The notes beneath the pieces are model-generated. The model saw only the letters and a program-made list of their open reading frames with translations. It was not told the DNA's origin and did no database searches. The position numbers and the translations under genes are program-made. A DNA stretch of 64,000 bases, taken from NCBI GenBank assembly GCA_951406725.2, contig OX597838.1, forward strand, positions 20,336,001-20,400,000. The letters run 5' to 3'. Source of the DNA: Octopus vulgaris. Its lineage: Eukaryota. This document shows positions 24,597-38,910 of the stretch, in pieces; within the stretch, counting starts at the first letter, position 1; each line of letters opens with the position of its first letter.

Positions 24597-26561
24597 GTGA
24601 GTTTTCCTTTTATTTTTTTTTCCCCTATCATATTATTTTCAATATTCTTGTTATTATTGATGGCTTTTCGGCCCCGCAGTAGCTAGATCTACATTATTTA
24701 ATAACGTATCCCTTATTTTTTTTAAATCAACAAAAAAAATAAAACGGTTAGTTTGCATTATTTGAAATAGATTTTGATGCTTTTGTTTAGCAAGGTTGAG
24801 CGATCTTGTAGTTTCTACAATCCTTCGTTAGCTCGATTTCTTTGTTGTTTTTGTTTTCTTTTTTTAACTATAACCGATCATTTCTTTTGGAGTCAAAGAC
24901 GTTCCAACCGTGAGCATCCCGCTAACCCCCTCCCTCCCCACACACACAGCAGAATCAAAGTGTACCTAGGACTATATTATTTCTTTATCTTTTCCTTATT
25001 CCAGACAGTAAGGAGGGAAGGTGCGATTTTTTAAAGAGAGATTTGACTGCTATTTCTAGCATTGATCAGACTCACTCGTTGACTCAGTACATTTCTATTT
25101 ATCGATCTGGTTTCTTGTAAAATTTCATCCCTGTTTTCGTAGGTTGTTCTAAATATGATCATCTGATGGGGTTTTTTTTTGTACTTACGAATACATTATT
25201 CAATTATATTCTTTTGTTTTTCCTCTTTCTTTCTCTAATTGGTGCATAATTAGAGTAGATTCGGCTTCCATGTCTAGCAGTTTCTCTCTCATTGAATAGA
25301 TTCACCTCTATTTTGTTTTTTAATGCAATGGCTTTCCTTCCTCCATTTTACTGAGCGTAAATTCTTACATAAATATTATGACAGTTTTTGTTTTTTTTAT
25401 TTTAACAAAATACAAACACAAACCAACTTTGGACTCCATTGTTTACTTTCCGCATTTAAACATACACCTGTCAAAGAACCTGTATTTGTTTTGTGGTTGT
25501 GCGGTCTGCATGTGAATTTCTAACAAGGTTTCTTCAAAAATTTTTTTTTATATTAGACTGTCAATCAAAGCTATTAAAATTAACCATCAACATCAATATT
25601 ATTTTCCTTTGGCTTGGTGGCTTTGGATTTATTTTATTCTAGGTAGAGTTTGTGTGCACTTGTATCCTTAGATATCCACATGATTTGAAAAAGCCATCAA
25701 GTGCTCACGATCCTTCTGATGATCTTCCATTTTTAGGTACTAGGCAAACCTTATTATCATCGGCATCATCCTTATCTTAAAATTATTTATTAAATTGGGA
25801 ATATATCGGTAGAGAGAGAGAGAGAGGGAATTGACGTTCTGTGTACATCTACTGTTGTCATCATCGTTTATTTTTATTTTCATTCTTCCAGTTTTTAGGA
25901 TCGATAATACACAGATAGACCAAATGAAAAATTGATATTCTCCTTCACTGCAAATTTTTTTTCTCGTTCCATCAAGAACTCCTGACATAATAATAATAAA
26001 AATAAAAGAGACCAATGATCAACGGCGTTCTAGTTATGACCATCCCGTCAATTTTATTGTGCATATCAGTTATTACATAGTTCTGTATATCCCTCCGTTT
26101 TTTGTTTTTTTTTTTCCTTTTTAGTAGACTGTATACTGCTGTATATGTGGGAGGATTTGAGAGGTAGGTTTGGTTGCTATTTTTAGCAGATCGTGTGATG
26201 GCACAAAATGCTTCCCCTTTCCTGACCCCATTCGTAATAAAATAGACTTTCATCATTTCAAAACGGAATGATGAAATCGCTACGACATGATCCTTATTTA
26301 CCTTTTCTTCTAAAATTGTAATTCGATAAACATGTTTGTTTGTACTTATTCGAATGTTAAAATTCATTCAGTGACTCTCTCTCTTTCTTTCTCGCTCTCT
26401 CTGTATATATATATATATATATATATAATTGTCAATAATAATATAGGGTGAAATTAATTAATTTGGAATAATCATTAATTTCATAACTCTTTGCCATAAC
26501 TCTTTGACTGCTATTTCTAAATTCGGTGTGTGGTGAGGCAAATCGTTGCTAAACCCTTAAT

Positions 26562-26603
<42 letters not shown>

Positions 26604-27135
26604 TGATGATATATAAACAGACAGCCATTATCCTAAGGGGTTTTCAGCCCTAGATTTACACGCTACTATTTACAGATTTATCTCCGAGTTCCAATGTCCC
26701 CCCCAAAAAAATTAATTACTTAAATGCCCCTCATAAAGTTTCTAAAATTCTTTTGACGTCAACTGTATTTTTAAAGATAGATAGATGTGTGAAAAAAAAA
26801 TATATATATATATATATATAATATTCCTAACTTTAATTTTAATATATTCAAAATGAAATTGTGGTGCTGGTTGCCATGTCTGTTAGCGAGGGGGCGAGAG
26901 AGGGATTATCACTGAACCATAGCGAACAATCGCTTAAAGTGCGTTGGCGACAACAATTTATTGTTTTCCTATAATTTCTTTATCTCCCTGCGCCTCCCGT
27001 GCATCTCTCTTTATTATTATCATTATGCAACTTAGAATATGAAAATATTGATCTTCACTGATGTCGACAAACCAGTTTATAAATCAGAAAAATAAAAATA
27101 GAACAAACCGGCTTCGAGAACTCAAGCACGGCAGG

Positions 27136-27173
<38 letters not shown>

Positions 27174-27559
27174 TTTCCAGTATTATTTTCATATTTTGCT
27201 GCTGGACAGACTTGATCTAACTAACTTATGAGCAAAGGTGTTGCCACCGTGACCGTTCCGTCCTTTGCTGGGGGTTGTTTATTGTATCTGAAACTACACT
27301 AAAGAATGCGTCACTCTTCCCCACCCAGCTTCTTTCTCTGAAGATTGAGGGAGATTTGGCTGCCATTTGTAGAAGGCTGAGCGACTTCGCAGACCCACTC
27401 TCGATTATATAATATATATATATATATGCATGTGGGAACGGCTCGAGCGTGATTTAAAGGAGACTTAGCTACTAATTTCTAAGTGTCGCGATCACGCGGT
27501 TGCTCCTCCTTTGTTAAACATTAATCATCAATTGCATTTTCAGATTTTGTGTGTGTGCA

Positions 27560-27845
<286 letters not shown>

Positions 27846-29199
27846 ATACACACTCACAAAACTATATCAAATATCAAGGTATATATACGTACGAAATAAT
27901 ATACACACGTGTGCGAGGCGAGGGGGATTGTAGGTAGGTAGATACATGCACACGTATTTATATATATATATTTAAAAAAACGTTGCTTAAAAGAAAGAAG
28001 TTTGTTTAATACTCTCAACCAATTCCTATGCAACCATTTTTTTAATATATATATATATATATATAATCCCAACTGCCGTCATATTTAAATTACGTCCGTT
28101 TTTCCTAGTTGTTAAGGTATTTTTTTATATTATTAAACATTCAGATTGAGTCAGTGAACTCAGATGTAATCCTCATCAAATAACCATTTCGAGGAACATG
28201 ACCCAGTTCGATAGTAATTTCCTTTTCTTATCCACCACCCCCGCGTGATGACGATAAGAAGAAAAAAAAAAACTAAATGCATAATATATAAAGCTGAATA
28301 TATATATATGTGTGTATATATGAATCGTCATATGTAGTATATATTAAGGAGTGGCAAGGCAATTTTTGTGGGGTTTAGTAGAAGAGATAAGAATGGCGAT
28401 CAATAATAGTTTGTGAAATTAGCAAAATAGAACACCTAAGTACAAAATGCTTTTGAAAACATTTCTTCTTTCTGTTCGTTTCTCATGTATGTTTTTGTGT
28501 CCTTTTGTGGTTACAAATTAGTGCTATTATCACGATCATCGCCGTCATCTTTCCATCCTTTCGGTGTCGGTGAAATGAAGCTACCTGGCTGTGAAGGGCT
28601 TGGATTGGCGGGGGGCGGGGGGGGGCGTTCGAGGAGGATATTGTTGAGTTCAAATCCCGCTGAGGTAAACTTTGCCTTTCAGTTTTTTTTGGGGTTTTTT
28701 TTTTTTTTTTCGGACTGCATAAAATAAAAGACTTGTCAAGTATTTGGGATCGAGCACGCCGGGCGAAATGCTTAGCAGTATTTCGTCTGCCGTTACGTTC
28801 TGAGTTCAAATTCCGCCAAGGTTGACTATGCCTTTCATCCTTTCGGGGTCGATAAATTAAGTACCAGTTATGCACTGGGGTCGATGTAATCGACTAAATA
28901 CCTATGTCTGTCCTTGTTTGTCCCCTCTGTGTTTAGTCCCTTGTGGGTAGTAAAGAAATAGGTATTCGGTATCGACTATTCCCTTTCTTCTCAAAATTGC
29001 TGGAAGCCATTGTATTTTATTATTGACAGGAATTTGCTTACAATGGAGAACTTTGCTGTTTTTACTACTAGTGGTAGAAGTATTGGAGACGGCGACAGGG
29101 ATTAGGCTAGTCATAATAGTTGGGGTTTTTTCAGTTTATTTATTTTATTATTATTACTCATGCAGTTGCCTTTCGTCATTTCGGCCTTGAAGGTAATAG

Positions 29200-29657
29200 G
29201 GCAATCTTTTGTCTCTAGTAGATCGCCAATAGGGCAATCTTTCGTCTCTAGTAGACCTTTCCGTCGATTTCCGTAAAATTTTTTTATTTTTTTTACATAT
29301 GGGCTTGCGGGAACTTTTGAAGTAATGAGAGCGAAAGAGACTAAGAGAAAGCGATTGTATGACGAGGGAAATTCTTTTGAAGTTACCGTGCATGGGAAGC
29401 ATTGATGTACATGTGTGTGTGTGTGTTTGATGGGGTGTGGGAGACAGACAGTATGTTGTGTAAGTGAAGTGCTTCTGTTAGTGTGTGTGAAGAGACAGAG
29501 AGTAATGTGTGAAAGAAAGAGATAACTGAAATTTTTTACTCGGTGTATGTGTATATGTATGTATATTACTTCAAAAGTTCCCGCAAGCCCATATGTAAAA
29601 AAAAAAAATTTTTTTACGGAAATCGACGGAAAGGTCTACTAGAGACGAAAGATCGCC
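29200..29657. mobile_element. MITE with GGCAATCTTTCG TIRs and 8-bp TSD (Merlin-like), preceded by a 28-bp mini-copy
   Basis: ~90-bp TIRs ggcaatctttcgtctctagtagacctttccgtcgatttcc...; TSD ggtaatag at 29192-29199 and 29658-29665. Sister copy at 47255-47631. Confidence 0.85.
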
Positions 29658-30952
29658 GGTAATAGTCATCTACCTTGCGGTATGCTGTGTTCGTTGCACT
29701 CTGAGTTCTTGGGTGTTTGACTCAATCCGTGTGGGCAATATCCTGTTTGACGTTCGTAAAATCATAGTGATCCAAAAAGTTTTATTTCAATAAAACATTT
29801 CATAATTATTATAAGTGTGGTAAGCACAACGAACAGCGCGTAAAAAAATAGTGGGAAAATGTTAGGCTGATTTTGAACAGGTTCGCCCTGGGCACGTGAG
29901 AATTCTTCCACAATCCACGGCGGGCGCACCAAGCAATACAGGTCGCTGAATCTGACAAAAGATCGAGTCAGTGTCGTAATTGTATGCCTTTCATCGATTA
30001 TTTGCTAATCTATAAGCATTTCATTGGGATTCACAGTGAAAGCTAGGTGTAGAAGGGCGTGCACGAGACTTGCTAATCGAACTGCAAGGAAATTGAAACG
30101 AAAGCAAATTCGATTTTACGAACCTCAAATAGGCAATTACCTCTGTTGCAGGCATAACACGCATCACCAATCACTAACTATCTTTTGCGGTGTCCAGTGT
30201 TGCAAGCATTTAAGACTAGTTTAAGGATAAACCTTTCTTCTTCACCAATCTTGGATGCCCTGGAAAAAATAAATATGTTATGTGGGGCGCTCTTTCCCAC
30301 TTTTTTTTTACATAAGAATAAAATGATGGACAAAGGGAAGCAAATTGAGATCTCCACCTTTTGGAGAAGTTGATTATTAAAAAGTTGCAAACTCATGATT
30401 GGAATTTATTTTAATTTCAGCCAGGCAGATAGAAGTGGAGATTGCCATTTTCCCTCGCCATTTTGATTTTATTTCTCGGAGATATGTTTTCACTCGCCAT
30501 TTTTTATTCCTTTATTTAGCTGAGAAATTAATAGTGCATCGGAGAGAAAGAGACGGGGAAACTATTAATCAGCAAAAATCGTCAGCAGTCGATATTTAAA
30601 GCCTACTAGTAATAAAATATAGTTGAATTTTATTGCTATGTTGTGGATTTTATTAAAATTATTAGACTGAAAATTTTCACAACAGAAGACAGGAAAGAGA
30701 AACCCTAATAAAACCAACTTCAGTATACAACATGAGTACATAGACTCATACACACGCACAAACTATACATGCTTCACGTAGGTGTTCATACACCTATTGC
30801 TATACATAGGCTCTTGCTTCCTAACCACATAGTTCGGGTTCAGTCTTACTGCGTGCAACCTTGGGCAAGTGTCTTCTACTATAGCCTCGGGTCGACCAAA
30901 TCCTTGTGAGTGAATTTGGTAGACGGAAACTGGAAGAAGCCCGTCGTATATA

Positions 30953-31000
<48 letters not shown>

Positions 31001-31763
31001 TGGCCTAGTGATTAGAGCAGCGGTCGAGGGATCGCAGGTTCGAATCTCAGACCAGGCGATATATATATACACACACACGTGTTTGTGTGTGTGTCTCCTA
31101 CTACTGCTTGACAATCGGTGTTGGTGTGTTTATATCCCGGTAACTTAGCGGTTCGGCGAAAGAGGACGATAGAATAAGTACTAGGCTTAAGGAAATAAGT
31201 ACTGGGGTCGGCTAATACAAAAAATGATAAAGATAAAGGTACATGTATTCAAGCAATGACAATTACTGCCTTCCTTTCATTTTCAAACGGTGTCGTTCGG
31301 TTTGTTTTGCTTAGTTTGCCATATTATATATACAAAGTCCGAAAAATAGGGTCATGGGCGTTGCTATTCCGCCCATAATTAAATGCTGACAAAACAAAAA
31401 AAAAAACAAAACGAAAGCATAAAGACTAGCTTTGATAAAATTCATTATATTCATTGGATATAAATATCCTTTTACCTTAATTTGCGGTTTAAAGGCCACT
31501 TCCTCTAAACAAAACAAAAGTAACCCAGGGAAAACCAAGCTTGCGTCATATGAACAAAAGGTCAGGATATAGGTCACGGTTACGTAGTTCGAGAAAAGGG
31601 TTGGCAAAACTAAAATGTGTCAGATAAGCTTGTGCACCTATCAACCGTTAAATACAGTGAGAGATTGTCCTTCCTCTACCTGGGTTTCTCAATGTGGTGA
31701 CCTTGTTAGAAAGTCTTGTAATTAATACTTGAAATGCGGCATCATTAGAAACAATTGCTATTA

Positions 31764-32247
31764 CAGTGACCCCTCGTTTATCGCGGTAGATTGGTTCCGA
31801 GACCGGCCGCGATAACTGAATTTCCGCGAAGTAGGGACACCATATTTACAGTGTTTATTTAACGTGTATTTGGACTTTTAAAACCCTCTCTGTACTGTTA
31901 ACAACCCACCCATTACAGTAGTCTATTAATGATAATGACAACTGTTAAGCAATAACACTTTAGATTTTAAAAACAAATAAAGATTGTTACTGTTACACAG
32001 GCCAGATTACAAAATAGAAAGCCGTGATTCGTCGTCTCTCTCCATTGCACCAATCACAGCCCGTCTTAAGTTCAAATATCCCTGTATATGCTTTTTTGCT
32101 ATTTTACGCTTGTTTTGTTGTTCCTAGACTAGGAAATAATATTTATTATTAATATTTTAATGGATTTAGTGAAAAATTTTAGGCGTTCATAGATATATAT
32201 TTTTTAAATCCACAATAGTTGAACCGCGAAGTAGCGAGGGATCACTG
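31764..32247. mobile_element. Tc1/mariner (pogo/Tigger-like) MITE
   Basis: TA|cagtgacccctcgtttatcgcggt ... accgcgaagtagcgagggatcactg|TA. Confidence 0.85.
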
Positions 32248-32721
32248 TAATATTAACTGAGAGAGCATTTTTAATAAGCATGATATCTCCAGATAACTCC
32301 TTCCTGTCTTGAAAAGAAATATTCTATCCTCTTTCCCCACCCACAAAAAGTTGTGGGAGGGAAACACCTTCCACTGTATGAGTAATAGATAAGCCATCAT
32401 GGTTTGGCTAATCCCTGTCACCACTCCCTACATCACCATTCGCTGCAGCCGTAAAGCTCTCATTGTAACCAAATCGTTATTAATATTAAAATGCTATTAA
32501 TTGGCTACGAACTGGCAGAATTATTAGCATGTTGGGGCACACTGCCTAGTGGCATTTTGTTCATTTTTACGTTCTGGGTTCAAATGTCACTGGAGTCATC
32601 TTTGCCCTTCATCCTTTTGGGGGCAATAAAATAAGTACCAGTTGATCACTGGGAATCGATGTAATTGCCTTAACCCCTTCCCTGAACTTACTGGTCTTGT
32701 GCCAAAATTTGAAAGCAATAT

Positions 32722-32767
<46 letters not shown>

Positions 32768-32988
32768 TACATATATACTTATCTTTTCTCTTTTGTAGGT
32801 TTGTTCAGCTGACACATGCGCTAAAATTCCCTGAACTGTTACAACGTGTTGTATTTTTTCATCAGTGAAAAAAATATTACTTAAAGTAGTCAGAGACACA
32901 CACACGAACACCAAGTCAGATACAAAGAAAGAGAGAGAGAGAGAGAGACAGACAGACACTCAGATATTTAACTCAAGAGAAAACAAAA

Positions 32989-33900
32989 ATGGCTCCTAAT
33001 CTGATAACCCGAGAGCAGAATGTGGATGATGTATCTTCTGAGAACTCCGCTCCTGAAGAACCCAAGAAAGTCCCAAGGCCTCATCACCAGTTACCAACCA
33101 TTGTTATTGTATCTCAGGACACTGCATATGATCAACTCTTGCCAAGGCAATCCCTCTACCTTGATTATCCATATCATTGTACACAACAGCATTACTGGCG
33201 GTCAAAGAAGGCGACGTTTCTGTTCTCCATTGTCATATTGGTCCTCCTGGCACTGTTTTGTATAACCATTATAGCAACCACTAATATTGTGAAACAAGTG
33301 AAACAATCCAACAAGAATCTAGCTCTGGTTGTTGAAACTTCTTGTGGACCGGTTGACGGGGAGTACGACGGTAAGAACTTTGTCTTCCGTGGGATACCTT
33401 ATGCTGTACCGCCTACTGGGAGTCAGAGATGGAGCCAGTCAATTCCTAATATGTCCTCTGGTCAGTGTCAGCAGAAAGGGCAAGCTGTTGACAGTACTAA
33501 ATCTATTTTATGTTCCCAACGAAACTTCCAAAACGGCAACATAGTTGGTCAAGAAGACTGTCTCTATCTCAATATTTGGCTACCAAAGAGATTGCTCAAA
33601 GAAACAACAAACCTACCTGTTATTGTTATAATGCAAGGTGAAGGGCAGAACTTGGACAGTGATGAAGAAGACTTTGGTGCAAAACGGTTTGAACCAATTC
33701 GTACATTGATGTTGAAAGGTGAGGCTGTGCTTGTGAGTGTTAACTACAGACTGGGTGTGTTTGGCTTCCTGGCAGTTGATTCTGATGAACAAAACACAAC
33801 TTCAGCAGGAATAAATGGAAATTATGGATTGATGGACCAGACCCTCGCTTTACAGTGGATCAAAGAAAACATTGAAGATTTCCATGGAGATCCTAACTTA
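32989..33900 (+). CDS. Type-B carboxylesterase/cholinesterase-fold protein with N-terminal membrane anchor (neurotactin-like), coding exon 1
   Basis: TM helix ATFLFSIVILVLLALFCITIIAT. Family motifs VETSCGPVDG, FRGIPYAVPPTG, QEDCLYLNIW, VSVNYRLGVFGFL, GNYGLMDQTLALQWIKENIEDFHGDPN. Donor GTAAGT at 33901 (phase 0). The exon starts at 32799. Confidence 0.93.
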
Positions 33901-34660
33901 GTAAGTTTCCTCTACAAAATTGATTTCATTTTATATGTTTTATTTCCAGTGTTTCAATGAATTGTCTTCAGAGTTATAGTGTTAGAGGAACCCCTGGATT
34001 GCCTGAGTACTTTAAGCCCTCACACAGCCTCTCAGCTGTGATGTGGAATTTTGGTCAACTTTGCAGAAGTATAGAAGAGAAAATTATCTTTAGAGTAGAA
34101 ATATCTATGGGATTATGAATATTGTAATTTTCTTGGTGGAAGAAGCTGTTGTTTTATGACTCTTGAGAGGTGGGTGGTTTATGTTGAAATAAAAGGTGTG
34201 TGGGGGACATGTTACTTATACTATGACTAAACTAATTGATGTCTTAGTATTAGAGGCTTGATGAAGAAATTATTTTAACTACTAGAGTTGTTGTTATTGA
34301 TGATGTCTAGCTGTGATTGTACAGGTCTGTTTAAATTCATTTTAAATGTGATTTAAGGGAGATTTGGTTGCTGTTTGAAGCAAATATGGAGACCTCATAA
34401 AGGCTCCCTTATTCATTTAAAACCACTGAAGATAATTTATAAAAATGTACAGAAGTTTAATCTTGGTTTCTTTGTATGAAGTTCCTTAATTAAAAATAAC
34501 TTGGAAAAAAAAGTCTTTAAAAACTTGCCAGGGTTTTTCTAGAATTGGGGAGATTAAAGTAGAGGAAGGAAGGCTGTTTTAGGATATTTCATGTTATAAA
34601 TTCATAGAAAATATGATGTGGTGAATTTTTTAATACAAGAATGGCTTGTTTTGCTTTTAG

Positions 34661-34985
34661 GTAATTGTGTATGGTGAGTCGAGTGGCACCGAGGCATTAT
34701 CGGGTCTACTTAAAAGCCCCAAATCCAAGAACCTGTTTCAAGGAATGTTTGCTGTTGATCCTGCGTGGCTGCCTATCAAGACTTTGGATGACGTTAAAGA
34801 CCTCAACAACATAGCTTTATCAATGACCACATGCCTGAAAGATGTCGAATGCTTGAGGAAACTGGATACAAGTCAAATAATTGAAAGCTTTTCTGTGAGT
34901 GAACCAGAGAAACAAAGCTCCCTCCATGCAGAGCTGAAGCAGTACTTACATCCATACCACCACAATTTAGCACTGACTATTGATG
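34661..34985 (+). CDS. Carboxylesterase-like gene, coding exon 2
   Basis: Acceptor ttgcttttag; continues DPNL|VIVYGESSG (GxSxG elbow), SKNLFQG, C...VECLRK; donor G|GTAAGT (phase 1). Confidence 0.92.
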
Positions 34986-35511
34986 GTAAGTTAAAGAGAA
35001 ACTGTTTTCTTTGTGTGGTTTTTAATTCCTTCGAGTTCTTTTTGCTTATTGGTTCAGTGGATAAGGTATCTGGTGGTCTCTTGTTGCAGGGAAGCAGGTT
35101 GAAGACCAGTTAGGAGGTGGTGTGAAAACTTAACTTAACCGAGCTGTGTGGTGCCAAGTCATGAGATAGAAGCTGTCCTGTCCAGTGTTGTGACATGGGA
35201 GGTGAAGCTAGAGTGGTGTTGGATATAACTTAGCTGACTCGACTGCCTGTGACATTAGTCTGGCATGTCTTGCGGTAAATGTATGCAATACAACCGATCA
35301 AGTTCAGGACAGGTATGTCCTTGAGGTCAGGTGGTGTTAGATTGATACATCTCACATGATGCTTACTCAATACCACACACCTTTTATTTCCTACTGTGAG
35401 TTTTGATCTTTTAACCTTTTTTTTTTTTTACCCACATGTTCACCCACCCCATACACTCTTTTTTTGTTTTCACTTGAAAGCTCTAACTTCTTTATATCTG
35501 ATCCTTTTCAG

Positions 35512-35583
35512 AAAATACTTTGTTCTTTGATGAGAAGGAAGAAATGTCTAATTACCAACAACCCAATGTTCCTGTTTTTATTG
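35512..35583 (+). CDS. Carboxylesterase-like gene, coding exon 3 (72 nt, missed by the ORF track)
   Basis: Acceptor atccttttcag and donor G|GTGAGT, phase 1 to 1; encodes ENTLFFDEKEEMSNYQQPNVPVFIG (family VPxxIG motif). Confidence 0.85.
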
Positions 35584-36178
35584 GTGAGTATCACTTGATG
35601 TAGGCACAAGGATCCTCTTCATGAGATCTATATTTCCTGTGAATACACAAATAAGTCCTGTGTTGTGTTGAGAATAACACCATGGTGATTGCTCTGAGAA
35701 TTTAGGACTGGAAACTTGTAAATATTCATTACTGGTGATTACCACATACACTCTGGTGGTTTAATCCTCTAGCTTTCAAACTGCCTCTAATATCCTACAT
35801 GTTTTATGTTCAAACTAACCTGATCTGGCTTCTTGCAACATATCCTACAATGCCATTCTAAAAATAAGCATCATCAAAATCTGAAAGGTATGAGGTAGTG
35901 CATGATTAACTCCAAACATTATGAATAAATTAGCATTACATTTGACAGAGTAATCTGAAGGCTTTACTGAAAGAAAACCATTGTGTATATATATATATGT
36001 GTGTGTGTGTGTATGTATGCTTGTGTCTTCTTGTCTTGACATTACCTGGAAGCTGTAAAAAGATTGTCATACAAGAACTTCTTCACACCTTTGCCTATGC
36101 ATGTTTGTGTATATATGTATATATATATATATATATATTTGTGTGTATGTAAAACTTTGTCATCTTTTCTATTTCCAG

Positions 36179-36723
36179 GGCAAGTTTGTCACCATCTCTG
36201 TATTACTGGAAAAGACAAACTAGACAGCAATGCCAAGCATATTGGCCAGCTGTTCAACATGGAACCAAAGACAATGCAACGCGCTATGAAACTCTACAAC
36301 GCACAAGGAGATAGAATAAAGGCCAAAGCTGACATTGTCAGCGAGATGGCATTTGATATCAAAATGTGTCAGACCGAGAAATTCCTACGTAGTGCTAACT
36401 TTCCAAACTACTATTTGGTTTCCCTTCCCAGAAACTCTCTAGTCCATGGTTGCGGCAGCAACAGCAACAACAACAGAAAACACAGCTCGTCGTTTCTGTG
36501 CTCCGACAACTTACACAAGGAACTCTCCACCAAAACATCAAAAGTAACAAATGCTAAAGCTGATCTCCGTCTCTTGTGGAATGACATATTCTTACAGATA
36601 ACCGAACAGCATCCTTCTGGCCCTCTTGGCCATAAAGATGGTGACCACGTTGTCTCAGTTACTCCTGATTCCGTGAATAGTGTATGTCATTTTTGGGACC
36701 ATCACAAACCTTTTCAGTTTTAG
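36179..36723 (+). CDS. Carboxylesterase-like gene, last coding exon
   Basis: Acceptor cttttctatttccag; phase-compatible with exon 3; open to TAG at 36723; ends with the family-like C-x-F-W motif (VCHFWD). Total CDS 1854 nt = 617 aa. Confidence 0.85.
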
Positions 36724-38864
36724 AGTTCTTTATTTATTTATTTCTATTTTTGTAAAAAGAGTATATGTGTATGCGTTTATGCGTTTGTAAACGCATATAC
36801 AGACAGTTGTTTTTGTATATAGTTTTTTGTTTTTGTTGTTGTTGTTTACGGAACTTCCAAATAATGTTTGCTTCTGTTTAAAGAGAGAAAAAAATCCTTT
36901 ATAAAATTAAATTAATCTGGAGAATGAGTATGCGTATGCTTACATACACACACTTTTATCGACACATATACACTCTATTGGAAATAGCAATTTTTTTTTT
37001 TTAAAGTTATATTAGCTTGACATTAAAACTGCAGTGAGAATTAACCAGGAGTTTATAGAAGGGGATGGGTGATTTGATAAAGTAAATTCCATGGATCAGT
37101 TCTCTTTCATACTTTACTGTAGCATTTTGGTATTGTTCCTCTGTGTAAATTGCTTTTATGAAATAGAATTAAATAATAAAAAAAAAGCAAAAACTAAGAA
37201 TGAAAAATCTATGATGAATCTCAGAAAAATAAGTCATATTTTTTGGAAGAAAAGTTCTGATAGTGGCGGGAGATACCACTGAAAGAAATAATTGATATAA
37301 GTGCAAAATGGGGTTACTAGTATTATTAAAGTGGTGAGCTGGTAGAATTATTAGTACACTGGGCAAAATGCTTAGCGCATTTCATTCATCTTTATGTTCT
37401 GAGTTCAAATTCTACTGGGGTCAACTTTGCCTTTCATCCTTTCAGGGGTTGCTAAAATAAATACCAGCTGAACACTGAAGTCAATGTAATTAACTGGTCC
37501 CATCTTCCCTCAAAATCTCAGGCCTTGTTCCTATGGCAGAAAAGATTATTATTGTTGTTATGTTGTGGTTTTGTAACTAGGGGAGGGGATAAAAATAACA
37601 TTTTGGTGATCTGAAAAATCAGTTATGTGTTTATGTGCGGATTGCTACTAATTCAGCAAATAACACATATAAAGTATTTATGTCCCGTTGCAACAAATGA
37701 AGTAGATATTCTGCAGATTGTGTGTGTGTGTAGTAGTAGTAGTAGTAGTAGTAGATGTGACAGTATGTAATGTAAGAGAATTTTAGATCACAGTTTTATG
37801 TGGTTTTTTAGATAAGACATCCTCATCATCATCATCATCATCATCATCACACAGTATTTCAAAGACCCCGTGCTGACCCAGCAAATTCTCTTCCGCATGC
37901 AGAGTGCACATGTGCAAAGTCATGCTGTCACTATGATTAACAAGCGAGTGTGAAAACTACTTGCTTCAAAGTAACTGGTTGTTTCATAGTTACTCCTGTT
38001 TTGAAATTAATAATATGTAATTGTCTTTGGACAGTTGGAAATTTAAGCAGTGTCTTAATAAATCTCCGTTCTAGGCTTTATTGAAGCATGTATATATGTG
38101 TGCATATATATATATATATATATATTATATTCTTGTTTCATATGCTTCAATGGACAAATTGTTTGTGTCTTAAAGTGATAGTTAACCAATGACCAAAAAA
38201 TATTTTCTCTGATGTGCTATTTCTTTCTTTGATACTGTATTTTACACGAAATAACATTACCGGCAAATAAATTTTTTGTGATTTGCTCCACCATTCCATA
38301 TATTTATATATATATATATTGGGCTAGCTTAGCCTTTAATGCTGATATAACTATCTCTACTCCATGGAAATTGAATCTCTGCTGCCTAACTCTCACTTAT
38401 TTATTCTCATGTGAAGTTATACTGTTTCCATGTTCAGAATCTTTCACGACACAATGATTATAGCCACATACAATTGCTATGCAATTATGAATCTAATCTG
38501 TTAAGAGGTTGCCTTATCTTATTTAAGATGACACTATGCTGCCTTTTTTTATTTGATGCACACAGAATAAAGAGATGGAGATAGACTATGTATATACTTG
38601 GCTATTTAAATTAAATTGCTGCTCCTATTCACTATTATCACTGCTTGCTACTATTACTACTACTACAACAACACAGGCTTGTAAAAAAAAGAAAAACCAG
38701 TTACTCTTTAGTGACTATATTTTGGTCTAATATGAGAAGTTCTTCGTCTACACATACTACACACACACACAAGTGTTTTATTCAGGAAACTATTTTATTA
38801 GAAAAAGAGAAAAAATAAGTGGCAAATTAATATTGATACAATAAATATACTCACCCTTGCTGGA

Positions 38865-38910
<46 letters not shown>

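Noticed and set aside
30178-30396. Possible minus-strand micro-exons in repeat-poor intronic sequence
   Set aside because: Donor sites are weak and no recognisable protein results.
33901-33960. ORF-track extensions of carboxylesterase exons (33901-33960, 34986-35113, 36064-36178)
   Set aside because: Intronic read-through past canonical splice sites; family homology continues only through the spliced path.
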